Origin: Chiloscyllium plagiosum
Taxonomy: Eukaryota
Direction: 5' to 3'
Length of the DNA stretch: 64,000 nt
Assembly (NCBI RefSeq): GCF_004010195.1
Contig: NC_057718.1
Span: 20,524,915-20,588,914, forward strand
The notes beneath the pieces were generated by a model that saw only the letters and a list, made by a program, of their open reading frames with translations, was not told where the DNA came from and did no database searches. A program made the translations under genes and the position numbers. The number at the start of each line of letters is the position of its first letter. Position 1 is the first letter of the stretch. Below, in pieces: positions 49,868 through 61,990 of this stretch.

Positions 49868-52190
49868 ATAGAGTCATAGAGATGTACAGCACAAACAGAC
49901 CCATTGGTCCAACTCATCCATGCCAACCAGATATCCCAACCCAATCTAGTCCCACCTGCCAGCACCTGGCCCATATCCCTCCAAACCCTTCCTGTTCATA
50001 TATCCATCTTTTCAAATGTTGTAATTGTACCAGCCTCCACCAGTTCCTCTGGCAGCTCATTCCATGCATGCACCACCCTCTGTGTGAAAATGTTGTCCTT
50101 TAGGTCTCTTTTATATCTTCCCCTCTCACCCTAAACCTATGTCTTCTAGTTCTGGACTCCCCCACCCTAGAGAAGAGTCTTTGCCTATTTATTCTATCCA
50201 TGATTTTATAGACCTCCATAAGGTCACCCCTCAGCCTCCGATGCTCCAGGGAAAACAACCCTAGCCTCTTCAATCTTTCCCTATGGCTCAAATCCTCCAA
50301 CCCTGACAACATCCTTGTAAATAGTTTCTGAACCCTTTCAGGTTTCACAACATCATTCCGATAGAAAGGAGACCAGAACTGTACACAATATTCCAAAAGT
50401 GGCCTAACCAACATCCTGTACAGCTGCAACATGACCTCCCAAATCCTATACCCAATGCTCTGGCCAATAAAGGAAAGCATACCAAATGGCTTCTTCACCA
50501 TCCTATCAACCTGCGACTGTACTTTCAAGGAGCTATGAACCTGCACTCCAAGGTCACTTTGTTCAGCAACACTCCCTAGGACCTTACCATTAAATGTACA
50601 AGTCCTGCTAAGATTTGCTTTCGCAAAATGCAGCACCTTGCATTTATCTAAATTAAACTCCATTCTGCCACACCTGAACTCATTGATCCATCTGATCAAG
50701 ATCTGTTGTAATCGGAGGTAACCTTCTTCGCTGTCCACTACACCTTCAATTTTGGTGCCATCTGCAAATTTACTAACATACCTCCCATATTCATATCCAA
50801 ATCATTTATATAAATGACGAAAAGTAGTGGACCCAGCACCAATCCTTGTGGCACTCCACTGATCACAGACCTCCAGTCTGAAAAACAACCCTCTGCCACC
50901 ACCCTCTGTCTTCTACTTTTGAGCCAGTTCTGTATTCAAATGGCTAGTTCTCCCTGTCTTCCATTAGATCTAACCTTGCTAATCAGTCTCCCATGGGTAA
51001 CCTTGTCGATAACCTTACTGAAGTCCATATAGATCTACTGCTATACCCTCAATCCTCTTTGTTACTTCTTCGAAAAACTGAATCAAGTTTGTGAGACATG
51101 ATTTCCCATGCACAAAGCCATGTTGACTATCCCTAATCAGTCCTTGCCTTTCCAAATACATGTATTTCCTGTCCCTCAGGATTCCCTCCAACAACTTGCC
51201 CACCACCAAGGTCAGGCTTGTCCTTACCACTCTTCTTAAACAGTGGCATCACGTTTGCCAACCTCCAGTCTTCCGGCACCTCACCTGTGACTATTGATGA
51301 TACCAATATCTCAGCAAGAGGCCCACCAATCACTTCTCTAGCTTCCCACAGAGTCCTCAGGTACACCTGACCAGGTCCTGGGGATTTATCCAGCTTTACC
51401 CGTTTCAAGACATCCAGCACTTCCTCCTCTGTAATCTGGACATTTTGCAAGATGTCACCATCTATTTCCCTACAGTCTATATCTTCCTTATTCTTTTCCA
51501 CAGTAAATACTGATGCAAAATACTCATTTAGTATCTCCCCCATTTTCTGCAGCTCCACACAAAGGCTGCCTTGCTGATCTTTGAGGGACCCTATTCTCTC
51601 CCTAATTACCCTTTTGTCCTTAATGTATTTGTATAAACCCTTTGGATTCTCCTTAATTCTATTTGCCAAAGCTATCTCATGTCCCCTTTGTGCCCTCCTG
51701 ATTTCCCTTTTAAGTATACTCCTACTTCCTTTATACTCTAATGATTCACTCGATCTATCCTGTCTATACCTTACATATGCTTCCTTCTTTTTCTTAACCA
51801 AACCCTCAATTTCTTTAGTCATCCAGTATTCCCTATACCTACCAGCCTTCCCTTTCACCCTCACAGGAAAATACTTTCTCTGGACTCTCGTTATCTCATT
51901 TCTGAAAGCTTCCCATTTTCCAGCCCTCCCTTTATCTGCCCATATCTGCCTCCAATCAGGTTTCGAATGTTCTTGCCTAATACTGTCAGAATTGGCCTTT
52001 CTCCAATTTAGAACTTCAAATTTAGATCTGGTCTATCCTTTTCCATCACTATTTTAAATCCAAAATAATTATGGTCGCTGGCCCCAAAGTGCTCCCCCAA
52101 TGACACCTCAGTCACCTGTCCTGCCTTATTTCCCAAGAGTCAGTCAAGTTTTGCACCTTCTCTAGTAGATTCATCCACACATACTGAATC
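49868..52190 (-). mobile_element. HER1/CR1 LINE, 5'-truncated (~2.3 kb of ORF2 + 3' UTR)
   Basis: ORFs KENPKGLYKYIK..KSPGP, SQHGFVHGKSCLTNL, LVRPLLEYCVQFWSP; (ctctatga) tail. Confidence 0.95.
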
Positions 52191-52386
52191 AGAAGAGGAA
52201 GTGGTGGAAGCTAGTACAATTGAAACATTTAAGAAGCATTTAGATGGGTATATGAATAGGAAGCATTTGGAGGGATATGGGCCAGGTGCTGGCTGGTGGG
52301 ACTAGATTGGGTTGGGATATCTGGTCGGCATGGACGGGTTGGACCGAAGGGTCTGTTCCCATGCTGTACATCTCTATGACTCTATA
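52191..52386 (+). mobile_element. HER1/CR1 3' end abutting the previous element head-to-head
   Basis: Reverse complement of 49868-50050; tail catctctatgactctatag. Confidence 0.9.
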
Positions 52387-52389
52387 GCT

Positions 52390-52950
52390 TATTATGTGGT
52401 ACTGATGTAATTTTTGAATTTCTACCAAACACTAATTGATATGGACCATATCCTTCGACAATCTGCAGCAAATTCATTGTGTGAACAGACCTTACTACTG
52501 AAGACAATAATTTACAAGTTGATTGATCTGCTAAAATATCATGAATTATTTTATCCATTACAGCATGGATCTCTTCATACACCATATTTCTAAAAGAGCA
52601 TCCAACTGTTGTATTCATAATCCATGCAAATTGGCACGCATATCTCTAAATTTATTATTAACAAATTTGGCCCATTTTCAGTGAGAAATGTTATCAGTGG
52701 ACAGAATACTTTGGCACATTTGGGGAGTTTCCAGCTAGGGTATCTCTGCAATTTTTGTATACAATCTATCAAGTTCAATTGTGTACTCTATGGAAGCACC
52801 TTGTCAATTTCTGAAATGGTCAGAATCGGGCTGCCTCATAAACAACTATTATATAACCTTTTTGATAAATTTTGTTCATTAAAATTAATAATTTATCAAA
52901 TCCTCATCCATCTCCAAGTCATCAGGCTCTACTTCTGAGAAAGTTATTTA
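52390..52950 (-). mobile_element. LTR-retrotransposon integrase remnant
   Basis: FLTENG (DDE region) and HAVMDKIIHDILADQ..VHTMNLLQIVEGYGPYQLVFGRN. Confidence 0.6.
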
Positions 52951-53147
52951 TCTTGCTTTTGCATGGTAGAGAAGATGCTGAGGTCATTTCTGGTTTCTAC
53001 TTCAGTTTTAAAAAGTAACCCAGGTACATACGGGTAGCTTATTTTTCCATAGGTTTGTATTCAGATCAAAGAAGTGGGTAATCAAACCCCAATACTTTAC
53101 ATATATATTTAACCATATTTCTGAGGTTTTCTTTAATTTAGAGCCAA

Positions 53148-53487
53148 AGAGTCATGGAATCATACAGCACAGAAACAGACCCTTTGGTCTAACTCGTCCA
53201 CACCAACCAGATGTCCAGATCTGACCTAATCCCATTTGCCAGCATTTGGCCCATATCCCTCTAAATCCTTCCTATTCATATACCCATCCAGATGCCTTTT
53301 AAATGTTGTAATTATACCCACCTCCACCACTTCCTCTGGCAACTCATTCCACACACGCACCACCTTCTGTGTGAAAAGGTTACCCCTTAGGTCCTTTTTA
53401 GATGTTTCCCCTTTCACCTTAAACCTATGCCCTTTAGTTTTGGATTCCCCCACCCCAGGGAAAAGACTTTGGGTATTCACCATATCA
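53148..53487 (-). mobile_element. HER1/CR1 3' fragment
   Basis: LFPGVGESKTKGHRFKV..WNELPEEVVE..HLDGYMNRK. Confidence 0.9.
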
Positions 53488-54079
53488 TGTTGGTTCAAAT
53501 AATGCTTAGCTTTCAATTTTTGACTTGTAGCTAACTATCCTCTGCTACCATCACTAAACACTAGAGACCAAATGCTGGTTAGACATTCTGGGTATATTCT
53601 TTCCTCGGCAGAGTTTTATTTCTACTTTCAATCCATAATCTTCAAACATAATGATTACTTAGGCAGGGAGATCCCACTCGATGTTAGCAATTAATAGCAT
53701 ATGAAATCCTGTTCTAGAGGATCCTGACCCCATACTGATGAAGGGCCTTCATTTCCATTTTGGCAATTGGTAGAGTGAAACCTCTGCTATAATGTATGAT
53801 GTCCTTCAATATGGGATTGTCCAACTTGTCCAAAGTTTGGAAAAACAAGTTTACAAGTCAATTAGTTGCAAATTAAAAATGTCGCTGATATTTTAATAAG
53901 ACTGCTTGAAGTCCTAATTTCAATGTAGTATGGTAAGGATAGATGAGTTCTATAAAATAAGTAATTAATTGCTAAAGAGAGTTGTTCTAATCATAAAAAG
54001 CAGAAGTGCAATCTGTCCAATTCCTGCTCCAGCAGCCTACTTGCAGTCATCAGCAAAACAATGCAAGGTTTTATTAATA

Positions 54080-55080
54080 GTATTACACTGATGCTTCATT
54101 TGGATTCACCAGGACCACTTGACTTGGTCTAATGATGGACAAAGGAACTGATTCCAAAAGGTGAAGTAAGAAAGATTTGACAAGGCAGCATTTGACAGAG
54201 TGTGGCAGCAAGGAACTGTCGTGAACAGGAATCAAAGGAAAATCTCTCCATTGAATGCAGACATACCCACACAAAGGTTGTGGTTGTTGATCATTAATTG
54301 CTCCAACCAAGGGCATCAATGCAGAAGTTCCTCAGTGCAATGATCTTGTTTCAACCATCTTCAACTGCTACAGCTGTGACCTGCTCATATTTTGTGATAC
54401 TATCATAGTAGGAAATTTCAGGATTTTGACTCAGCAATGCAATTCTTCGGAGAAAAATAATGGGTGATAACATACAGTAAGACCTAAAAAGATAGACTTA
54501 GGTTGATAAGTGACAAGTAACATTTGCACCACACAAGTGTCAGGCAGTGAGCATCTCCAGAAAGAGAGAATCTAGCCATTGACCCTTGACATTCATTGGC
54601 ATTGCTATCAGAGAATTCTTCTATAATCAATATCCTGGTAGCTACTATTCAGAATCTTAGCTGGACTGGCCACATATATATATTGTGGCTACAAGAACAG
54701 ATCAGATGTTTGTTGTACTGTTTGAGTGATGCACATCCTCAGTCCTCAAAGCCTTTGGTGGACAGAATGCAGAACGTCAGTCAGTAGTGTGATGAAATAC
54801 ACCAATATATCTTTGGAAGTACTATTCTAGCAACATTCTAGAAAATCTACATTATCCAGAACGTAACAGACCACTTGTTTAGTACTGTCCACTATCAGCA
54901 CAATATGATTGTAATATTGACCATTTACTGGATGTATTTCAGCAACTCATAAAGACTTCTTTGACAGCAAACTCCCCAAATCACAAACTCTACAATATAT
55001 AAGAGCAAGGACACCAGGTGCACTGGAGCATCACTCCCTTTACATTTCACTTCAAGTTACAGACTACCCTTATTTGAAAA
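54080..55080 (+). mobile_element. LINE family B fragment (old)
   Basis: aaggcagcatttgacagagtgtggc (RT KAAFDRVW); reverse complement of 7950-8060. Confidence 0.7.
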
Positions 55081-55167
55081 TATTTTTAAAATTATATTGG
55101 ACTGGCAATGGCATCGTGGTAATCTCACTTAACTAGTAATCCAGAACATTGGGTCAATATTCTGAGG

Positions 55168-55281
55168 TGGAAATGTGTTGCTGGAAAAGCGCAGCAGGTC
55201 AGGCAGCATCCAGGGAACAGGAGAATCGACGTTTCGGGCATAAGCCCTTCTTCAGGAATGACTTCAGACCTCACTTTCTCC
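55168..55281 (-). mobile_element. 114-bp PLE-derived mini-insert with 14-bp TSD
   Basis: TSD tcaatattctgagg at 55154-55167 and 55282-55295. Body identical to part of 47641-47801, with a short inverted end segment. Confidence 0.9.
55222..55259 (-). ncRNA. Intact minimal hammerhead ribozyme motif
   Basis: attc-CTGAAGA-a-gggc-ttat-gccc-GAAA-cGTC-gatt; palindromic ACGT stem III. Confidence 0.7.
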
Positions 55282-55494
55282 TCAATATTCTGAGGACGTG
55301 GTCAAATCCCACCATTGCAGATGGTGAAATTTGAATTCACTAAGAATCTGTAATAAAAAGCTGGTCTAAGGGCGATGATGTGAGCACTGTTGATTGTTGA
55401 AAAAAATTCATCTGTTCGCTATATCCTCTAGGAAAAGAAATCTGTCATCCTTACCCAATCTAGCCTACATGTGACAACAATGACTCTTAACTAA

Positions 55495-56650
55495 AATAAG
55501 ACAAAGAACTGTGGATGCTGGAGATTAGAAACAAAAACAAATTTCGGGAGAAACTCAGCAGGTCTGGCAAAATCTGCGGGAAGAAAGCAGAGTTAATGTT
55601 TTGAATTTGATGACTCTTCATCAGAACTGTTAGCAGCGAGGAAAAAAATGGTGTTTATGCTGAAGCTGAACTTCCTTGGGTGGGTGGGGGTTGGAGAGAT
55701 GGAGAAGTGAGCAGATAGGTGAGCATGGAGCCCTGAAAGAGAGAGAGAGAGATATGAAAAGGGTGGATAAACAAGGTGATTATGGATAGCTAGGACAGAA
55801 GAAAAGCTGAATAAGTGATATTACGAACTAAGAGCAAGAGAAATTTTAGATTCACTACAGTGTGGAAACAGGCCCTTCGGCCCAACATGTCCACACCGAC
55901 CATCCGAAGAGCAACCCACCGACCAGCCAAAGATCAATGGGTGAACTTAACTGAATGCAATCCATATAATGTGATAATGGGCTTAGGAGTGTCCTGAAGA
56001 AGGGTCCTGTCTGAAATGTCGACTCTTGTTCCTTGGATGCTGCCTGTCTTGCTGTGCTTTTTCCAGTGCCATGCTTTATCAATTCTGACTTTCCAGCATC
56101 TGCAGTCCTCACTTTCTCCTAACTATGCTAAATGCAAACAGGACCAAGTGTTGGGTGAGTAAAAACATGAAAGGATGGAATCAGGCTCTGAAGTCAGTAA
56201 ACTCAATGTTGAGTCCTAGAGGCTGCAGGGACCCCAGGCAGAAAATGAGATGTTGTTCTTTGAGCTTGCGCTGAGGCTCTCTGGAAGATTGCAGCAGGCC
56301 TGTGACAGAAATGTTGGCATAGGAACACGGAAGTGTGTTGAAGTGGCAGGCAATGGAAAGCTCGGGGTCATTTTGGTGGACAGAATGTTAAGTGTTCTGC
56401 AAAGCAGTCACCCAGTCTGCATTTCATCTCTCCAGAGTAGAGGAGACCACAGAGTGAACAGCAATTACAATAAACTAGATTGAATGAAGTACAGGTTAAT
56501 CGCTGCTTCAGTTGGAAGGCCTTTGGATCATGAGGACGGAGGAGGTAAATGGGCAGGTCTTATACCTTCCACAATTGCATGGGAAGGTGTGGTGGGTATA
56601 TGAGGAGATATTGGAATGGAGGAAGGAGTGTACCAGAGTGTGCCAGAGAG
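55495..56650 (-). mobile_element. Older PLE remnant, with an HE1 tail (~55846-55925) and a PLE pLTR piece (~55986-56122) nested inside
   Basis: CGLLYSGEMKCRLGDCFAEHL (GIY-YIG remnant) near 56390-56450; decayed ctgatgaagagtca core at ~55610-55625. Confidence 0.7.
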
Positions 56651-57307
56651 ATACGCTCTTAGCTCTTATTATCACTTATTCAGCTTTTCTTCTGTCCTGG
56701 CCTGCTATCCATTATCACTTTGTTTGCGTCTCCGCTCATCTCCACCACCACTACCACATCCCATCTCTAACAGCACGGTGTACCTTAAACACACACACTA
56801 GAGTTCAGGAAGACAGCTCACCATCTTGAGGGAAAGAATGGATTGGCAATATTTTCTGTGGCTTGCCTGTGATATATATTTGCTGTGAATGAATAAATTA
56901 ATTATACTAAACATACGCAACTAACATATGCTCTAAGAAAATGATCTTCCCTTTCTTTTCAATGTTCTCTACGGTAAACTCATCAATAAACACTGTCAGT
57001 TTTACTCTTGCACATTAACTTTTTTTGTTTTCTTGAAATGAAGAGGGTTCATCTTATTTGACCAGTCTATTCCCAGCCATTTGACAGTACATTTCTTCAA
57101 CTGTCCACTAGGTGTATGAAACTGAAAGATATAAACTGACAGCTAAAAATAAACTACAATCAAAAGGCAATTTTAAAAAAATGCTTTGTTAAACTGCACA
57201 AGTTGCATGGATCTGTATTGATTTTATCATCACTTTAACACACTTTGTATTGAAATTTGGATATGAAATCGAATTCAACCAGTATAAAACAAAACATAAG
57301 AACTCTT

Positions 57308-57810
57308 AATCACACAACACCAGGTTATAGTCCAACAGGTTTAATTGGAAGCACACTAGCTTTCGGAGCGACGCTCCTTCGTCAGGTGATAGTGGAGGGC
57401 TCGATCGTAACAGAATTTATAGCAAAAATTTTCAGTGTGATGTAACTGAAATTATACATTGAAAAATTGATTGTCTGTTAAGCCTTTCACCTGTTAGAAT
57501 ACAGTGATAGTTTCACTTCTTTCATGTGTAAATCACAAAACCTTTTTTTTAAAAGTTGCATTCTCGGGTTAGCTGTTAACAATGGTGATAGCTAGACAAT
57601 ATGTTGAAGGTGTTAGCCCCCTGTGTTCTCTGTCTCACACTCACAACCCCCACCCCAGACAGACACACACACACAGACAAAGACCCACATGAACACACAT
57701 CCCGTGGGGTGAATGCGCACCTGCAGAGCCACACTGCACCCCGCTCAAAAATTGTACACATTCATGTAGAACCCCGAGCCCAAAACCCGCATGAATCCAT
57801 GCAAAACTCT
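57308..57810 (-). mobile_element. PLE pLTR fragment (second family) with internal inversion
   Basis: Same terminus as 1907-2250 and 10723-10808; CA-rich inverted part from ~57635. Confidence 0.7.
57354..57388 (-). ncRNA. Intact minimal hammerhead ribozyme motif
   Basis: cac-CTGACGA-a-ggagc-gtc-gctcc-GAAA-gcTA-gtg. Stem I cac/gtg, 5-bp stem II, palindromic AGCT stem III. Confidence 0.75.
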
Positions 57811-58343
57811 GCCACCCATCCCCCAGACCAGAATAAAGGAGCATGCTGCAAGGTATTGATGAGTTCACCCTTTTGCTCTGAAACATTTATAAACAAAGTT
57901 AGAATGGTTGCTAAGTCATGTCATTACTTCCTCATTTTTGACATTCTTGAAGGCTTCTCTCACTCTGACATGCAAAGATCAATCCTGAAAGAGGATGAGA
58001 GGCCTCATCTTCAGCACCCAGGTCTTTTGTCATCACTCTCTTCTAGTCATTATGGACTATCTTTTTCTTGAAAAGTAAACCAAAATATCAAAATGACCCT
58101 TTGTTTGTAGACACGCACAAAACCAAAGTATCAAAATGCAACCTATAATGGGTGTGATGACAGATGTGTGCCACAAGCAATTTTATTTGATGGAAGGCTT
58201 TTATGGAAGGAATGCAGATAATGATGTGAGTCAAGAAACATTTTCAAGTTATCATAGGGATGTAAAGGTAAAAGTGCTACATGATGAGCAATAATGATAA
58301 TCAGTTCACGCAATTTGATATTTTGTGAAGGGAAGGTCACAGA

Positions 58344-58387
58344 TATGTAAAGCATATCTGTCACGAGTGACAGATATGCTTTACATA
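58344..58387. repeat. Perfect 21-bp inverted repeat with 2-nt spacer
   Basis: tatgtaaagcatatctgtcac-ga-gtgacagatatgctttacata. Confidence 0.95.
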
Positions 58388-60569
58388 GTGCATTCTTGGA
58401 AGTTACGTACAGCCTTTTTTCACCTTACCAGTCGTGATGATTATGAAATTTCTTTTTCCAGCACTGAGTAACTCTATATCCAGTATTTTCTTAGTGCTTG
58501 TTACTCTGACCACCTTCTTCCACTGGCCCTAAATAGTTCCACTTGGCAGCTCACCATCCATCTGTTCCAGTAAGGGCTTTCTTTCACAACTTATCCTTTT
58601 ATAGTAATACTTTTTCTTTACTTTTTTTTAAAAAACAAGGAACAGTCACTGCCCACAATGTAAGCATGTATTCTCAATCCTGAGTTGTTCTTGAGAGACT
58701 TTATCTTGAATAGTCACAATACCATACAGTGACAATACTCCAATAATGCTATTGGGAGAGGAGTTGTCAGATTTTGACCCATCTACTGTTAAGAAATGGT
58801 GATAAAAGACCAAACCAGAATAGTATGTAACCTAGTGGAGAGCTTGGAGAGGTGGGTTTTTCAAATCACCTTTGATCAGAGAGGTTTTTGGTATGATTTA
58901 CTCTTTTGGCAATTACCCGAAGATGACCATGGCTCTAATTTTAGTATTTGTGTGAATGCTAAGTAAATTGCCAGCTACAGGTACTTTTTTAATTGTAAAA
59001 TGATTCACAATCATGGCATTGACACTTTTGATAATGCATAGTGATGAAGTTAGTTTTTTTTCTATTGCTAAAATTATTTTTTCTTTGTAAATGAACTTGA
59101 AGGGATTTGAGTGCTGATTGAATGAGAATAAATAAATTATTACTCATGATCCCTGCAATTGAGTTCTCCATTTATATTTTCATGTGCGTAGTTTTAAACA
59201 CAAACCAAAACACAAATTAGAATGAGACACACAGTCTTGCATAACATGTTATCAACTGCAGAATGCATTATGAAGCACTGTGAGATAAAATGTACAGTTC
59301 ATTTCCACTGATCACAATTCTATATGCTATCTGACTGCCCAATTCTGTAATATAGATCATTATCTCATTGATCCTTCCAATAGCTTTAATGTGAGATTTG
59401 CACTGGTTGCATCATTTAAGTTGTTACAGTTTGATTCATAGATGAATCACTGAAATATGTGCTTCAGCACAGTGTCTGGATTTATGTTAAAATACTGTAC
59501 TGGAAATTAATGCATGAAATTCAAGTTTTGAGATCATAGTCCCAAATTGGTAATCTTATAACTACAGTAATTTTAAAAGAAAGAAATCTTCATTCATGAG
59601 CAGAGATTTTATATATTGGTTACAAAGAATCATGATGAATTTTGGCATGTTATTTTCTTCATTTTGATTAATTAGCAAATACTACAAAATAAACAATGAA
59701 TTCTGATGATATCAGACTTTGACATATACCTCAATTCATTAAATGTACAATCAAAAATTTAGTAAAATTTAGTAAGTAATTCTTCTCTGTGCTTTATGAT
59801 GTCTAAAGAAAGAGGCTGACATATCAGTAAAGCATCTATTGTGGATGATAAAAAGCAGCATCCAAGGTGACCTTGTGTCGTTTTGTGTAGTGGACTGCGC
59901 CATTAATTGCCCAGCACTACAACGTTTGTTAAAATCATGTGATCTAATTTGCCAGCCAATGGTTACTAATTCCCTGATAGAGTTCCCCATTCTGAGAACT
60001 GAACATACATCAGTGCTATGACTGAACGTAGCAGGGTTTTGTAACATGGTGATTGCCAAAGCAGCACTGATATTGATTCAACAGTGATCTAATACTTCAC
60101 ATACCTTGGGACTAAAACATTACAATTGGTTCAATCAGAATAAAAAAGAAGCTCACTTGAGTGTCTATGGGGATGTCCATACAGTGATGTTTATTTCTTG
60201 ATTTTTAAGGTCAGATATCATCCATGTCAGGATGCAATTTGAATACGAGACAATGTTCATGTCTCTTTGTAAATGTTCCTGCAATAAGCTCTTTATTGAA
60301 CAGAGACAATGTCCCCTTACATTCCCAAACTTGGGTCTTGCAATGATTTGAAATACTCCAGTATCACACAACCTGAGGTTACTGAAAGCACACAAGCTTG
60401 TTTTTCCTCACAATTTTTAAACTGAATCAGTACATTTGTTGATATGATGAAACATTTTGTGAGGAAAAGCAGTTTTGTTCTTTTATGGTAAATGTTGGTT
60501 TTCAAGGTACTTTGAATGTTGTTGTACCTGAATTTCAGGAAGTTAAAAGAGAGGGATAGTAAGAAATTG

Positions 60570-61990
60570 GAAGAGTAAATTATTTGTTAGCCATCATTAC
60601 AAAGGAGTTGGAACATAAGAGTAAGCACCTTTTGGAATATTTTGTGCAATTCTGGTCTCCTTCCTTTAGGAACAATGTTGTGAAACTTGAAAGGGTTCAG
60701 AAAAGATTCACAAGGAGGTTGCCAAGGTTGGTGGGCTTGGACGGAGAGGTTGAATATGCTGGGGCTGTTTTTCCCCTGGAGCATCAGAGGGTGAGGAGTC
60801 ACTTATAGAGGTTTATAAAATCATGAGGAGCATGGATTGGATGGTCAAAGTCTGTTCCCCGGGATGGGGGAGTCCAGAACTAGATTTAGGGTGAGACGAG
60901 AAAGATTTAAAAGTTACCTAAGGGTCAACTTTTTCACACAAAGAGTGGTGCATGTATGGAAATTTGAGACTAGGACCCGTGGACACAGCCTTAGAATTAG
61001 AGGGGGTCATTTCAGAACAGAAATGCGGAGACATTTCTTCAGCCAGAGAGTGATGGGCCTGTGGAATTCATTGCCACGGAGTGCAGTGGAAGCCGGGACG
61101 CTAAATGTCTTCAAGGCCGAGATTGATAGATTCTTGTTGTCTAGAGGAATTAAGGGCTACGGGGAGAACGCTGGTAAGTGGAGCTGAAATGCGCATCAGC
61201 CATGATTGAATGGCGGAGTGGACTCGATGGGCCAAATGGCCTTACTTCCACTCCTATGTCTTATGGTCTTATGGTCTTATGGAATGAGCTGCCAATGGAA
61301 GTGGTGGAGGCTGGTAAAATTACAACATTTAAGAGGCATCTGCTTGGGTATATGAACAGGAAAGGTTGAGAGTGATATGGACTAAGTGCTGGCAAATGGG
61401 ACTAGATTAATTTAGGATATGGTTGACATGGACAAATTGGACCGAAGGGTCTGTTTCCATGCTGTACCTCTCTCTCCGAATCTAGGTCATACTGTATTTT
61501 ATTGACATTTAGTTAGACCAGATCTGGAGCAATGCATACAGTTTTGGTTTCCTTATCTCAGGCCTTTGATGTGGTGCAGTGAAGAGTCAGTTAATTGATT
61601 CCCAAGATGAAGATTGTCATTTGAGGAAGGATTGAGTCTAATCAACCTGAATTTTGTGGAATTTAAAACAATGAGAGATGGTCAAATTTAAATTAGTGAA
61701 AATCCCAGAACACTTGACAAACAAGCTATTCCTTGCAACTGGGAAATCATGAATTAGGTTTCAAACTGTCATAGTCAAGAGTCAGCGATTTTGAATCTGA
61801 CATAATCTTCACTCTGTATTGTGAGCCTTTGGAATTCTCTATATCATATAATATCAGTAGATTTTGGACCCAACTGACTCAAAAGATTTAGGAAAATTGT
61901 GGAAAATAGAGGTAAAGTTATTAGCAGTCAGCATCTTATTGAATGGCAAAGTCAAAGGAATATGTTGCCTTACTATATCTTACCTTTCCA
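60570..61990 (+). mobile_element. Three-level CR1 nest: old CR1 > HER1 (~60626-61480) > young CR1 (60962-61277)
   Basis: The inner element is flanked by TSD tatggaa (60955-60961, 61278-61284) and ends in (tcttatgg)n. Each host resumes after its insert. Confidence 0.88.

Larger units (their letters stand above)
55100..55495 (+). mobile_element. DeuSINE-like SINE interrupted by a PLE mini-insert
   Basis: Homologous to 8941-9280 (gcagatggtgaaatttgaattc; aaatctgtcatccttacc..cctacatgtgac). Confidence 0.7.

Noticed and set aside
53736..53760. ctgatgaagggcc as a hammerhead
   Set aside because: No closing stem II or GAAA box.
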